From positions 96,001-160,000 of the forward strand of contig CAWEEQ010000001.1 in assembly GCA_963808235.1 (NCBI GenBank): 64,000 nucleotides of DNA, read 5' to 3'. The translations under genes and the position numbers were made by a program. The stretch comes from an uncultured delta proteobacterium. GTDB lineage: Bacteria; Desulfobacterota; Binatia; Binatales; Binataceae. Positions 41,508 through 50,631 of the stretch are shown piece by piece; positions within the stretch are counted from its first letter, which is position 1; the number at the start of each line of letters is the position of its first letter. Below the pieces are notes generated by a model. The model saw only the letters and a list, made by a program, of their open reading frames with translations, was not told the origin of the DNA and ran no database searches.

Positions 41508-44500
41508 ATGGAACAGCTCTTCGAAGATCCATCGCTCGTTGGGAACACAGGCTACGAACTCTCGCCCGAGCAACAACACGTCTGGACGTTGCGATCTCAG
41601 GGCGCCGCAAATGCCGTGCAGTGCCGAATTTTGCTGCGCGGACCGGTCAGGCCGGAATTGATCGCTGACGCGCTGGCGATGCTCGTGAAGCGTCACGAGA
41701 TTCTGCGGACGGTCTTCGTTCAACCGCATGCCGGGAGTGATCCTTTACAGGTGGTGCTTCCCGAACTCGCGCCCGACATCGAGACTGTCAGCTTGCGCGG
41801 TCTGTCATCCGGACACCGTCATGAAGCCGTCTCCGAACTCGCCGCCGGCGAATTTCGCAATGATGACGCGCGGAGAGTGCCGGGACTGCGTGCGTTAGTA
41901 ATCGAGATCGCGCATGACGAGTACGAGTGTGTTCTCACCGTTGATTCCATGTACGCCGACCAACGCACGCTCGACTACCTGATGGCAGAATTTGCGGGCT
42001 GCTACGAATGTTGTGCGCGCGGAGGTGCGCGAACCGGCGACATTATTCAATATGCGGACTTCGCAGCCTGGCATAACGACATTCTCAACAGCGATGCCGC
42101 CGAGGTTGGCAAGGGGTTCTGGAGAGAAAGCGGTTTGGCGGCGGCCACTCATCCCCAGCTGTCGTACGAGAAAGGCACGGTGCGCGGGAACCACCTCTCT
42201 CCGAGGATTGCAACCGTCAATCTCGATCGACGTCTCGTGAGTGAAATCGAAGAAGTATCGCGCACGCTGGATTCCCGGCCCGCCGACTTTGTGATGTTGT
42301 GCTGGCAGACGGTCCTGTTTCGAAATACGCTGCAAAGCCCGGTGGTCGTGTTTGAAAGTTCTGACCAGCGCAGCGAAGGCGCCACCATTGGTCTCTTCAG
42401 CAGATGGCTTCCCATCGACACCCAGCTTTCACAAAGCTCGCGCTTCTCCACCAGCTTGCGAGAGTTGACCGGTCGTATCGATCGGGCGGCGGAATGGAGG
42501 GACTACTACGCAGAAGTCGACTGCGAACGCGGAGGTATCGCGTTCGAGTTCATCGACGAATTTTCCTCGATCGACGCCGCGGGCGTTCGGGTTGCGATCC
42601 GTGATCGCTTCGCGCCGGCGCCACAGTTCAAGCTATGTATGACGTGCTTCCGCCACGAAGATGCTTGGCAATTGGCCCTGCAGTTCGACACAAACGTCTT
42701 CACCACCGAGCAGGCGGAGAGTCTTCTGGCGCAGACCATCGAAGTGCTCCGAACGGCGACCGTGGCTTGCGATTACCTAATCCAGGATCTCGCTCTGATC
42801 GACTCACAAGCCGGCCACAAACTTATCGCGCATCTGAACCAGACTCAGACCGCTTACCCGCGTACGGCATCGCTTCAAGTCTTGTTTGAAACCCAGGCCG
42901 GCCAACAGACTGAGCGGGTCGCGGTGCGTTTCGGGGAGCAAACGCTCACCTACGAGGATCTCAGCGAACGCGGTAATCGCATCGCACTTCGACTCGCGGC
43001 CTTGGGAGCCAAGCCGGGTGACGCGGTCGGGCTCTGCCTCGAGCGCGGGATCGAAATGCCGATCGGCGTGATCGGAATCATAAAAGCCGGATGCGCATAT
43101 GTGCCTATCGATTGCGAATGCCCGCGCGAACGCGCGCATTTGATGGCCCGTGATGCCGGTCTGCGGCTCGTCTTGACCGACGCACGGGGAGCGGAGCTCT
43201 TCTCGAATGTTGAAGGCGTCAAATCTGTCGATATCAGTTTGACTCTGCTCGAGACGCCTAACCTCGGCAATCCGGCGTGCGCAACGGATGGCGACAGCAT
43301 CGCGTACGTCATGTACACGTCGGGATCGACCGGTGTCCCCAAAGGAATAAGCATTCCGCATCGCGGCGTCTCACGCCTGGTTGTCGACACCAACTACGTC
43401 TCTATAAAACCGGGCGATTCTATCGCGCAGGTCGCGAATTGCGCTTTTGACGCCGTAACGTTCGAGATTTGGGGGGCCCTCCTCAACGGCGCTGAATTGG
43501 TGATCATCCCGCGAGAGATCGTGCTCTCGCCGCAGGAATTCGCCGACGCTCTGTCCCGGCGGCCGATTAGAGCGATGTTTCTGACTTCCGCTCTGTTCAA
43601 CCAGGTGGCGCAGACGATTCCACATGCGTTCCACACGGTAGACACTCTCCTGGTCGGCGGAGATGCGCTCAATCCATTGTGGATTCGCAAGGTGCTTTCG
43701 TGCGAGGGGAGGCCGCGTCGCATCCTGAATGGCTATGGCCCGACGGAGAGCACCACCTTCGCTTGCGTGTTCGAGGTGAAAGAGGTTGCACAAGATGCCG
43801 TCGCGATTCCGATCGGAAAGCCAATCGCGAACACCGAGGCGTTCGTGCTCGACCACTGTCTGCGGCCGCTTCCGCCAGGCGTTCCCGGCGATTTGTTCAT
43901 CGCAGGCGACGGCTTAGCGACCGGATACCTGAACGATCCGAAACGAACCGCTTTTTCCTTTTTAGCGAATCCTTATGCCATACCCGGCTCGCGCATGTAC
44001 CGGACCGGCGACATCGCCCGTCTGCGTTTCGATGGGAATTTCGACTTTCTGGGACGCAACGACGATCAAGTCAAAGTACGCGGTTTCAGAATCGAGCTGG
44101 CCGAAATCGAAGCTGCGCTGATTGCGCATCCGCGAGTCGAGTCGGCGGCTGCAATTGTGCGGTCGGACCCTTCAGGCAACAAACGGTTGATCGCATACTA
44201 TGTCGAAACGGCTGGCGCGGAGGCCGCCCTGACCGTCGCCGACTTGCGGGCCTTTCTCTTAACTCGATTACCGGAGTACATGCTGCCAGCAGTTTTTCTC
44301 AGACTCGATACCCTGCCGCTGAACCTCAACGGCAAACTGGATCGAACGAGATTGCCGGAGCCCGCTGAGGTTGAGACAGAGTTCACACGCGCGCCAATTG
44401 CGCCACGCAACTCGGTCGAGCAACAACTGTCGGACATCTGGAGAAAAGTCCTCAACCTGAAAGAAGTCGGGGTGAAGGATAATTTCTTCGAGCTCGGTGG

Positions 44501-45998
44501 AGATTCGATTCTGAGCATACGCGTGGTCACCGAGGCCCGGAAATTGGGCATCGCTTTGACGCCCAAACGCTTTCTGCAATGTCAAACGATTGCCGAATTG
44601 GCTGCGGTCGCATCGTCGGAAGCTGGTTCCGATTATCCCGATTCGGAACCGCTGGCAGGATCGAGCGCGCTGTCCTCTTCTCAGGCATGGCACTTCGATC
44701 AGCCAGGCCCTGACTTTCATCACTACAACATGGCGATTCAATTGCAGGCACGCAGACCGATCGATGTCCATGTGCTCGAAGCAGCGGTGAACGCTTTGTT
44801 CGACTATCACGACGCGCTCCGTCTCCGGTTCCGCATGGGTGCGGAAGGCTGGCAGCAATCCACGGGCGACCGGTCAACGGCCACCCTGCTCACCACGATC
44901 GATTTGAGCCGTCTGGCGGACAGCGAGGCTCGCCAAAAAGCCCTGGACGATGCCACCAGCGAGATCCAGGCGAGTCTCGATCATTCCGACGGCCCGCTGA
45001 CCAGATTTGTCTACTTCGAGCTCGGAAAAGATTCGCCGGGCCGCCTGCTGATAGTCACTCATCACCTCGTAGCTGATGCGGTGTCGTTGCGGATTCTGGT
45101 CGAGGATCTTTTGACTGCTTACGAACAAATTAGTGGAGGCGGGCCGATTGCACTGCCTGCCAAGACCGCATCCTACAGCCGATGGGCCGATTACGTTAAC
45201 CGCCGCGTACGGCAAGGCGCTCTGGATCATGAACTGCAGTACTGGATCGAGGAGCTATCGCAGGCGAATGCGCCGGTTCGAGTTGATCGGAGTATAGATC
45301 CGGTCCAGGTCGACACGGAACAGTGGTCCCGGTCGTTCGTCGAGCGGCTGACTTCGGAAGATACGCGATTCCTTCTTCAGCATGCGCCCACCATTTACAA
45401 ATCGCAGTTCCTCGAGCTGCTGCTGGCTGCATTCGCTCGCTCCTTCGCCCGGTGGAATCGCGATCGCTCGGTCTTTATCGACCTTAGTATTCACGGCCGC
45501 CAGGACTTTGACGAGGAGGCACCCGACATCTCCCGCTCGGTCGGATGGTTCAGCGGGCTAACGCCCCTTCGTCTCAATTCATGCGGCATGGATGACCCCG
45601 GCTGCGACCTGAGCATCGTCAAGCGCCAACTGGCGCGGATGCCCAACGGCGGCATCGGTTACCAGATGATTCGCTATCTCGGCATGGAGTCGGAACAGAC
45701 GCGGGCCCTGCGAGCGCTGCAGGGTCCAAAGGTCTGCTTCGCGTATCTAGGCCAGTTTGATGAAAAGATCCTGGACCAACCCATCTTCGAGCTTGTACGC
45801 GCCAATAACGGACCTGCTCGAAGTGCTCGAAACGCCAGGCGATATACCCTCGAAGTGTTCGTCGGAGTGGTCAATCAACAACTCGAAATCGAGTGCAACT
45901 TCAGCTCGCTGCGCTACGATGACGCGAGCATTCGCGCGCTGCTTGAGGAAATGGCAGGGGCTCTCCGCGCGCTCAAACAGGATTCCAGAACCGCATAG
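41508..45998 (+). CDS. NRPS: degenerate C (interface-like) - A - PCP - E-like domain
   Basis: YTSGSTGVPKG, NGYGPTE, YRTGD, LGGDSI, HHLVADAVS, RSVGWFS, FAYLGQF. Confidence 0.92.
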   Translation: MEQLFEDPSLVGNTGYELSPEQQHVWTLRSQGAANAVQCRILLRGPVRPELIADALAMLVKRHEILRTVFVQPHAGSDPLQVVLPELAPDIETVSLRGLSSGHRHEAVSELAAGEFRNDDARRVPGLRALVIEIAHDEYECVLTVDSMYADQRTLDYLMAEFAGCYECCARGGARTGDIIQYADFAAWHNDILNSDAAEVGKGFWRESGLAAATHPQLSYEKGTVRGNHLSPRIATVNLDRRLVSEIEEVSRTLDSRPADFVMLCWQTVLFRNTLQSPVVVFESSDQRSEGATIGLFSRWLPIDTQLSQSSRFSTSLRELTGRIDRAAEWRDYYAEVDCERGGIAFEFIDEFSSIDAAGVRVAIRDRFAPAPQFKLCMTCFRHEDAWQLALQFDTNVFTTEQAESLLAQTIEVLRTATVACDYLIQDLALIDSQAGHKLIAHLNQTQTAYPRTASLQVLFETQAGQQTERVAVRFGEQTLTYEDLSERGNRIALRLAALGAKPGDAVGLCLERGIEMPIGVIGIIKAGCAYVPIDCECPRERAHLMARDAGLRLVLTDARGAELFSNVEGVKSVDISLTLLETPNLGNPACATDGDSIAYVMYTSGSTGVPKGISIPHRGVSRLVVDTNYVSIKPGDSIAQVANCAFDAVTFEIWGALLNGAELVIIPREIVLSPQEFADALSRRPIRAMFLTSALFNQVAQTIPHAFHTVDTLLVGGDALNPLWIRKVLSCEGRPRRILNGYGPTESTTFACVFEVKEVAQDAVAIPIGKPIANTEAFVLDHCLRPLPPGVPGDLFIAGDGLATGYLNDPKRTAFSFLANPYAIPGSRMYRTGDIARLRFDGNFDFLGRNDDQVKVRGFRIELAEIEAALIAHPRVESAAAIVRSDPSGNKRLIAYYVETAGAEAALTVADLRAFLLTRLPEYMLPAVFLRLDTLPLNLNGKLDRTRLPEPAEVETEFTRAPIAPRNSVEQQLSDIWRKVLNLKEVGVKDNFFELGGDSILSIRVVTEARKLGIALTPKRFLQCQTIAELAAVASSEAGSDYPDSEPLAGSSALSSSQAWHFDQPGPDFHHYNMAIQLQARRPIDVHVLEAAVNALFDYHDALRLRFRMGAEGWQQSTGDRSTATLLTTIDLSRLADSEARQKALDDATSEIQASLDHSDGPLTRFVYFELGKDSPGRLLIVTHHLVADAVSLRILVEDLLTAYEQISGGGPIALPAKTASYSRWADYVNRRVRQGALDHELQYWIEELSQANAPVRVDRSIDPVQVDTEQWSRSFVERLTSEDTRFLLQHAPTIYKSQFLELLLAAFARSFARWNRDRSVFIDLSIHGRQDFDEEAPDISRSVGWFSGLTPLRLNSCGMDDPGCDLSIVKRQLARMPNGGIGYQMIRYLGMESEQTRALRALQGPKVCFAYLGQFDEKILDQPIFELVRANNGPARSARNARRYTLEVFVGVVNQQLEIECNFSSLRYDDASIRALLEEMAGALRALKQDSRTA

Positions 45999-46033
45999 CC
46001 GAGATCGCGCCAAGCCGATCTTCTCCGAGCCAT

Positions 46034-46069
46034 CGGCGCGGGGGCATAACGCCACCGCGCCGTTTTTTT
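46034..46069 (+). terminator. Rho-independent terminator after the NRPS
   Basis: CGGCGCGG-G-GGC/ATAAC/GCC-A-CCGCGCCG followed by T7. Confidence 0.8.
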
Positions 46070-46223
46070 CACGCTGCCGCTCAATTGGCGCCATCTGCAG
46101 GACCTGAACAATCCGCCGATATCGGCGAACAGTCGCCGCGGTCCATGTCTCCGATCGGGAATGCGCAAATTATGATCGCTGTAATCTCTGGGCAATTTGC
46201 TCATCCACCCAAGGCAGCTGGGC

Positions 46224-46239
46224 TGGCAGGCTCTTTGCG
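46224..46239 (+). promoter_or_regulatory. sigma54 promoter for the extender-unit operon
   Basis: TGGCAG-GCTCT-TTGCG ~45 bp upstream of 46285. Confidence 0.75.
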
Positions 46240-46284
46240 ATACACCCATCCGAACAGCCACTTGGAAGTGAGGGCCACACCACA

Positions 46285-47136
46285 ATGAAATACGATGTCG
46301 TCGGCGTTCTGGGCGCGGGAGTGATGGGCAGCGGTGTCGCCCAAGCGCTCGCGGAGCATGGACATCGAGTGGTTCTGGTCGACAGCTCCTCCGATGCGTT
46401 GAAGTCTTCGCAGCGGCTGATCGGCAAGAACATCCGGCTCGCCTGCTTGCTGAACAAGGAAGCCCGGCCCACCACCGATGCGATCTACTCGAGGATCAAT
46501 TTCTCGACCCGCTTCGACGCTCTCGCTGAAGCCAGGTTCGTAGTCGAAAACGTTACCGAAAACTGGTTCATCAAAGAGTCGGTCTATCGGCAACTCGATC
46601 GAACTTGCAGCCCGGAAGTGTGTATCGGCGTCAACACCTCCGCGATCTCCATCACCAAGCTCGGTTCGATCACAAACCGGCCTGGGCAGGTGATCGGAAT
46701 GCACTTCATGAATCCTGTGCCAGTAATGCCGACCGTCGAGTTGATTCGCGGCTATCACACTTCCCAGGCAACCATAGAGGCGGCGCAGACGCTGGTCGCG
46801 GATATGGGCAAAGAGTCGATCCTGGTCCAGGACTCACCGGGCTTCGTGACAAATCGGGTAATGATGCTGATGGTCAACGAGGCGATCTTCCTGGTGCAGG
46901 AGGGAGTAGCCACTTCGCAGGAAGTGGATCGGCTCTTCAAGACCTGCTTCGGCCACAAGATGGGGCCGCTAGAAACCGCTGATCTGATCGGCCTCGATAC
47001 CATTCTGTATTCAATCGAAGTCCTGTCCGAGAGCTTCGACGACAGCAAATACCGGCCCTGCACGCTACTCAAGAAGATGGTCAGCGCGGGATTGCTGGGA
47101 CAGAAATCGGGCGAAGGGTTCTATCGCTATAGCTGA
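46285..47136 (+). CDS. 3-hydroxyacyl-CoA dehydrogenase, FkbK/ZmaG/ClbD-like
   Basis: GAGVMG, VENVTENW, NTSAISIT, HFMNPVP, CFGHKMGPLETADLIGLDT. Confidence 0.88.
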   Translation: MKYDVVGVLGAGVMGSGVAQALAEHGHRVVLVDSSSDALKSSQRLIGKNIRLACLLNKEARPTTDAIYSRINFSTRFDALAEARFVVENVTENWFIKESVYRQLDRTCSPEVCIGVNTSAISITKLGSITNRPGQVIGMHFMNPVPVMPTVELIRGYHTSQATIEAAQTLVADMGKESILVQDSPGFVTNRVMMLMVNEAIFLVQEGVATSQEVDRLFKTCFGHKMGPLETADLIGLDTILYSIEVLSESFDDSKYRPCTLLKKMVSAGLLGQKSGEGFYRYS

Positions 47137-47187
47137 TCTAATTCTAATTCCGGCGCAACCCGGCACTTGCCAACACAGGCGGTCATT

Positions 47188-47448
47188 ATGGAAGCAACTG
47201 ACAAACTCAACGGATTCTTTTCGAAAAGCTTCGCAGGTCGGCAACTTCATCGCGACGACGACATCTTCGCATCGGGCTTCGCCAATTCGATGTTCGCGAT
47301 GCAGCTCGTTAACTTCATCGAGAAGGAGTTTCGGGTCGAGATCGAAAACGAAGATCTGGACCTGGAAAACTTTCGCACGATCGACCGGATCGCGAACCTC
47401 ATCGATCGCAAGCAGACAGCCAGCCGAGTCTCTGGGTCGGCGTCATGA
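47188..47448 (+). CDS. Extender-unit ACP, FkbJ/ZmaH/ClbE-like
   Basis: DDDIFASGFANSMFAMQLV (NS rather than DS attachment motif), DLDLENFRTI. Confidence 0.88.
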   Translation: MEATDKLNGFFSKSFAGRQLHRDDDIFASGFANSMFAMQLVNFIEKEFRVEIENEDLDLENFRTIDRIANLIDRKQTASRVSGSAS

Positions 47449-48260
47449 TGGACGGAGTTCAAAGTTCATTCGAACCTCGGCGCGACGAAGCCGCGGTTCA
47501 GCTTGCCAAAGGATCGTGGGCGACGATCGCCGAGCTACGCGGTTCCGCCCGGATGCGACTCTTCTGCTTTCCCTATGCCGGCGGCGGTTCCTGGATCTTC
47601 AATCGATGGAGTGACGGTCTTGGACCATCGTTCCAGATCTGCCCCATCCATCTCCCTGGCCGTGGCATAAGGTTTCTCGAAAGGGCGATGCGCAGGGTCG
47701 ACGAAGTCGCAGTAGCGGCAGCGCGAGCGCTCGCGCCACAAATCAACGCGCCGTTCGCCGTTTTTGGACACAGTTTCGGAGGCTTGGCGGCGTTTGAATT
47801 CGTGCGCGAACTCCGACGGGTGGGCGCGCCACAGCCAGTTGCGTTCGTCGCTTCCGCTTGTTCAGCTCCACAAATCCAGCGCGCGCGGCATGGTCTCCAT
47901 CGCCTTGAAGAAGGTGATTTGCTGGCAGCGCTGAGGCACATGGGCGGCACTCCCGAGCCGATTCTTCGGGACACAGAGTATATGCGGATGGTTCTGCCGA
48001 CTATTCGCGCCGACTTCGAAGCGCTCGAGACTTACGAATACCAGGATGAGCCACCGCTCGATTGTCCAATCACGGTCTTCGGAGGCAAGGACGACCGCGG
48101 GATGACTATCGAACAACTCGCGGGCTGGTCGGATCAGACGACGGCTGGCTTCAGGCTTCGCATTCTGGCCGGCGGACATTTCTTCCTGTCCACTCACGAA
48201 GCCGACCTGATGCCGCTCCTGGCTCGCGAGTTTGACGCTGCGCTATCTGCGGCAACCTGA
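47445..48260 (+). CDS. Stand-alone (type II) thioesterase
   Basis: LFCFPYAGG, FGHSFG, GGHFF. Confidence 0.92.
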   Translation: MMDGVQSSFEPRRDEAAVQLAKGSWATIAELRGSARMRLFCFPYAGGGSWIFNRWSDGLGPSFQICPIHLPGRGIRFLERAMRRVDEVAVAAARALAPQINAPFAVFGHSFGGLAAFEFVRELRRVGAPQPVAFVASACSAPQIQRARHGLHRLEEGDLLAALRHMGGTPEPILRDTEYMRMVLPTIRADFEALETYEYQDEPPLDCPITVFGGKDDRGMTIEQLAGWSDQTTAGFRLRILAGGHFFLSTHEADLMPLLAREFDAALSAAT

Positions 48261-48270
48261 GGCAAGCACC

Positions 48271-49419
48271 ATGATGGATTCTACTACTTGCGAGAACGAA
48301 GTCCGTTCGGAAATCAGAGCCTTCGCGGTGGAGAAAGTCGCACCGCTTGCCGAGATCGTGGACCGCGAGCAGCGCATTCCTTCCGAAGTTCTTGATGGAT
48401 TGCGACGCAGATTTCTGGGTTGCGCGCTGCCGCGCGCGGCTGGCGGTGGCGGTATAAGCCCGGTCCTTTACGGGGTCATGAATGAGGAGCTGGGCCGCAT
48501 CAGCGCGTCCGTGCAGGGCGTGCTCAACGTCCACAACATGGCGTCTCAGCCGGTGGCGCGCTGGGGCGATCGCCAATTGAAAAATCGATGGCTGCCGCGG
48601 CTAGCCGGCGGAGAGCTGCTCGCCGCGATCGCGATCACCGAAGCCGCGGTCGGTTCGAATGCTGAGCGAGTGCAGACCACCGCCCGCCCCTCGGGCGATC
48701 ACTATGTTCTGAATGGCGCAAAACGATGGATAACTTGTGGTCAGATTGCCGACGTATTCCTGGTGCTCGCGCGATGTGGTGAGCTCCCGACTGCATTCCT
48801 TGTTCGGCGCGATACACCCGGTCTCGCCGTCGAACCGATCCGCGACATGCTGGGCTGTCGCGGCTACATGCTCGCCGAGTTGACGTTCAGCGATTGCCGC
48901 GTGCCAGCTCAGGATCTGGTTGGAAGGCCGGGTTTTGGTTTCTCGCACGTGATCTCGCACGGCCTCGATGTGGGCCGCTACGGACTCGCTTGGGGGTGCG
49001 TCGGGCTGGCGCAAGGCTGTCTTGACGTCAGTATTGAATATGCGTCCAGACGCGAGCAGTTTGGCTCTCTCATCCGCGATCACCAGTTGATTCAGCGTCT
49101 GATCGCGAACATGTCGGTCGGCGTCAAGGCAGCGCGGCTGCTATGCCGCGAGGCAGGCCGCCTGCGCGCCGACGGCGAGCCCAGCGCGATCGTAGAGACC
49201 ACGACTGCAAAGTACTTCGCTTCGCGGGTATGCGCCGACGCGGCGCGCGACGCGGTCCAGATTCATGGGGCCAACGGCTGCAGCCGGCGGTATGCGGTCG
49301 AACGTTACTTTCGCGATTCAAAGATCATGGAGATCATCGAGGGCACCTCGCAGGTGCTCGAACTGTTAATCGCCACCCATGCTTACACCGATCACGTCGC
49401 AGCCGCGGCGGTCGATTGA
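48271..49419 (+). CDS. Acyl-CoA/acyl-ACP dehydrogenase, FkbI/ZmaI/ClbF-like
   Basis: GAKRWITCGQIAD, AWGCVGLAQ, AVQIHGANG, DSKIMEIIEGT. Confidence 0.88.
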   Translation: MMDSTTCENEVRSEIRAFAVEKVAPLAEIVDREQRIPSEVLDGLRRRFLGCALPRAAGGGGISPVLYGVMNEELGRISASVQGVLNVHNMASQPVARWGDRQLKNRWLPRLAGGELLAAIAITEAAVGSNAERVQTTARPSGDHYVLNGAKRWITCGQIADVFLVLARCGELPTAFLVRRDTPGLAVEPIRDMLGCRGYMLAELTFSDCRVPAQDLVGRPGFGFSHVISHGLDVGRYGLAWGCVGLAQGCLDVSIEYASRREQFGSLIRDHQLIQRLIANMSVGVKAARLLCREAGRLRADGEPSAIVETTTAKYFASRVCADAARDAVQIHGANGCSRRYAVERYFRDSKIMEIIEGTSQVLELLIATHAYTDHVAAAAVD

Positions 49420-49431
49420 GGGATAACACCA

Positions 49432-50631
49432 GTGACGTACACGCAAAGCTATGACATTTCCGGGATGGATTCCGCCCTTGTTGAGCACATCACGAGCACG
49501 ATCCGGATCGGGCGCGAAAGCTTGGACTCGTGGTCAATCGACGAAAACTCGAAGACTCTCTTCATCGAGACGGGCAATCGCCAGGCGCTCGACTATATAG
49601 ACGGTTTCGTCGATCACGTCCGCGGCACGCGCAAGAAGCTGCGCAGCAAAGAGCTTCTCTCCAACTCAGCGCGAGATCTGTATCAGGGAGATATCGATCG
49701 CGACCTCGCGGAATCCGGTGAGGTGTTGGAACTGGACGCAGGCCTGGTCGGATTGCGCGGTACCTTGCTCGGACTGTTCCGGTTCTTCGAAAGCGAGTTC
49801 ATCGCGATAGCTCGCGAGTATCGAGCGCAAGAGCATCACTATCCAGTCATGATTCCGATCCGTATTCTCGAAGAGCTCAAATACTTTGAACATTTCCCGC
49901 AACAGGTAACCTTCTGTTCGCATCTGCCGGAAGACTTGCCGCTCCTCAGCGGTCTCGCCGAAGACGTCCACGCAAATGCGGGATGCTTGTCGGCGGCGCA
50001 GCGCGAGCGCCTTGCTCCGGCCAATCACGCCCTTAAGCCGGCCGTGTGCATCCCATGCTACCGGCAATACCGCGACACAACGTTGCCGCCGGGTGGAATC
50101 GCCGTGACGATGCAGAACCACGTTTACCGCTACGAGGGGGCTAACTTCCGGTCGCTCAGCCGGCTTTGGGACTTCTCGGTGCGAGATATCGTGTTCTTCG
50201 GCGAGGGCGACACCCTGGTTCGTCTGCGACAGGAGGCTGCGTCCCGCGCGATGTCGCTGTGCATAGAGCTCGATCTCGAGGCAAAGATTCAACTGGCCAA
50301 CGATCCTTTCTTTCTCGATCAATCTCGCGACAAACGAATCTATCAGCGCATGGGCGAGGTCAAATACGAACTGGTCTTGCCGCTGCCGCATCGCGGGGGC
50401 GAACTGGCAGTTTCGTCGTTCAACCTCCACCGCGACTTCTACAGCAGCGTTTACAACATTCGCATCGAAGACGGATCCCTGGCCGAGACTGCCTGCATGG
50501 GTTTCGGTGTAGAGCGATGGTTGTACGGTTTCTTGAGCCAGAAGGGACTCGACGCCCGGCGATGGCCGTCGCGAATCAACGATTTTATTCGAAGCAACGC
50601 CGCCGCGAGCGGCTCAGGACCAAACCCATGA
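49432..50631 (+). CDS. Class II aaRS-like (atypical SerRS-related) amino acid:carrier protein ligase
   Basis: KPAVCIPCY, YRYE..RLWDFSVRDIVF (motif 2), ANDPFF, KYEL, SFNLH, TACMGFGVERW (motif 3). Confidence 0.8.
   Translation: MTYTQSYDISGMDSALVEHITSTIRIGRESLDSWSIDENSKTLFIETGNRQALDYIDGFVDHVRGTRKKLRSKELLSNSARDLYQGDIDRDLAESGEVLELDAGLVGLRGTLLGLFRFFESEFIAIAREYRAQEHHYPVMIPIRILEELKYFEHFPQQVTFCSHLPEDLPLLSGLAEDVHANAGCLSAAQRERLAPANHALKPAVCIPCYRQYRDTTLPPGGIAVTMQNHVYRYEGANFRSLSRLWDFSVRDIVFFGEGDTLVRLRQEAASRAMSLCIELDLEAKIQLANDPFFLDQSRDKRIYQRMGEVKYELVLPLPHRGGELAVSSFNLHRDFYSSVYNIRIEDGSLAETACMGFGVERWLYGFLSQKGLDARRWPSRINDFIRSNAAASGSGPNP

Noticed and set aside
50166-50627. Long N-terminal extension of the second ACAD
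   Set aside because: Overlaps the ligase in another frame; the ATGA-coupled start at 50628 is more plausible.
49432-50631. Housekeeping serS or a resistance copy of SerRS
   Set aside because: Motifs fit the atypical SerRS/aa:CP ligase branch, no canonical coiled-coil arm is recognisable, and it is embedded among ACP and ACAD genes; a resistance role is not fully excluded.
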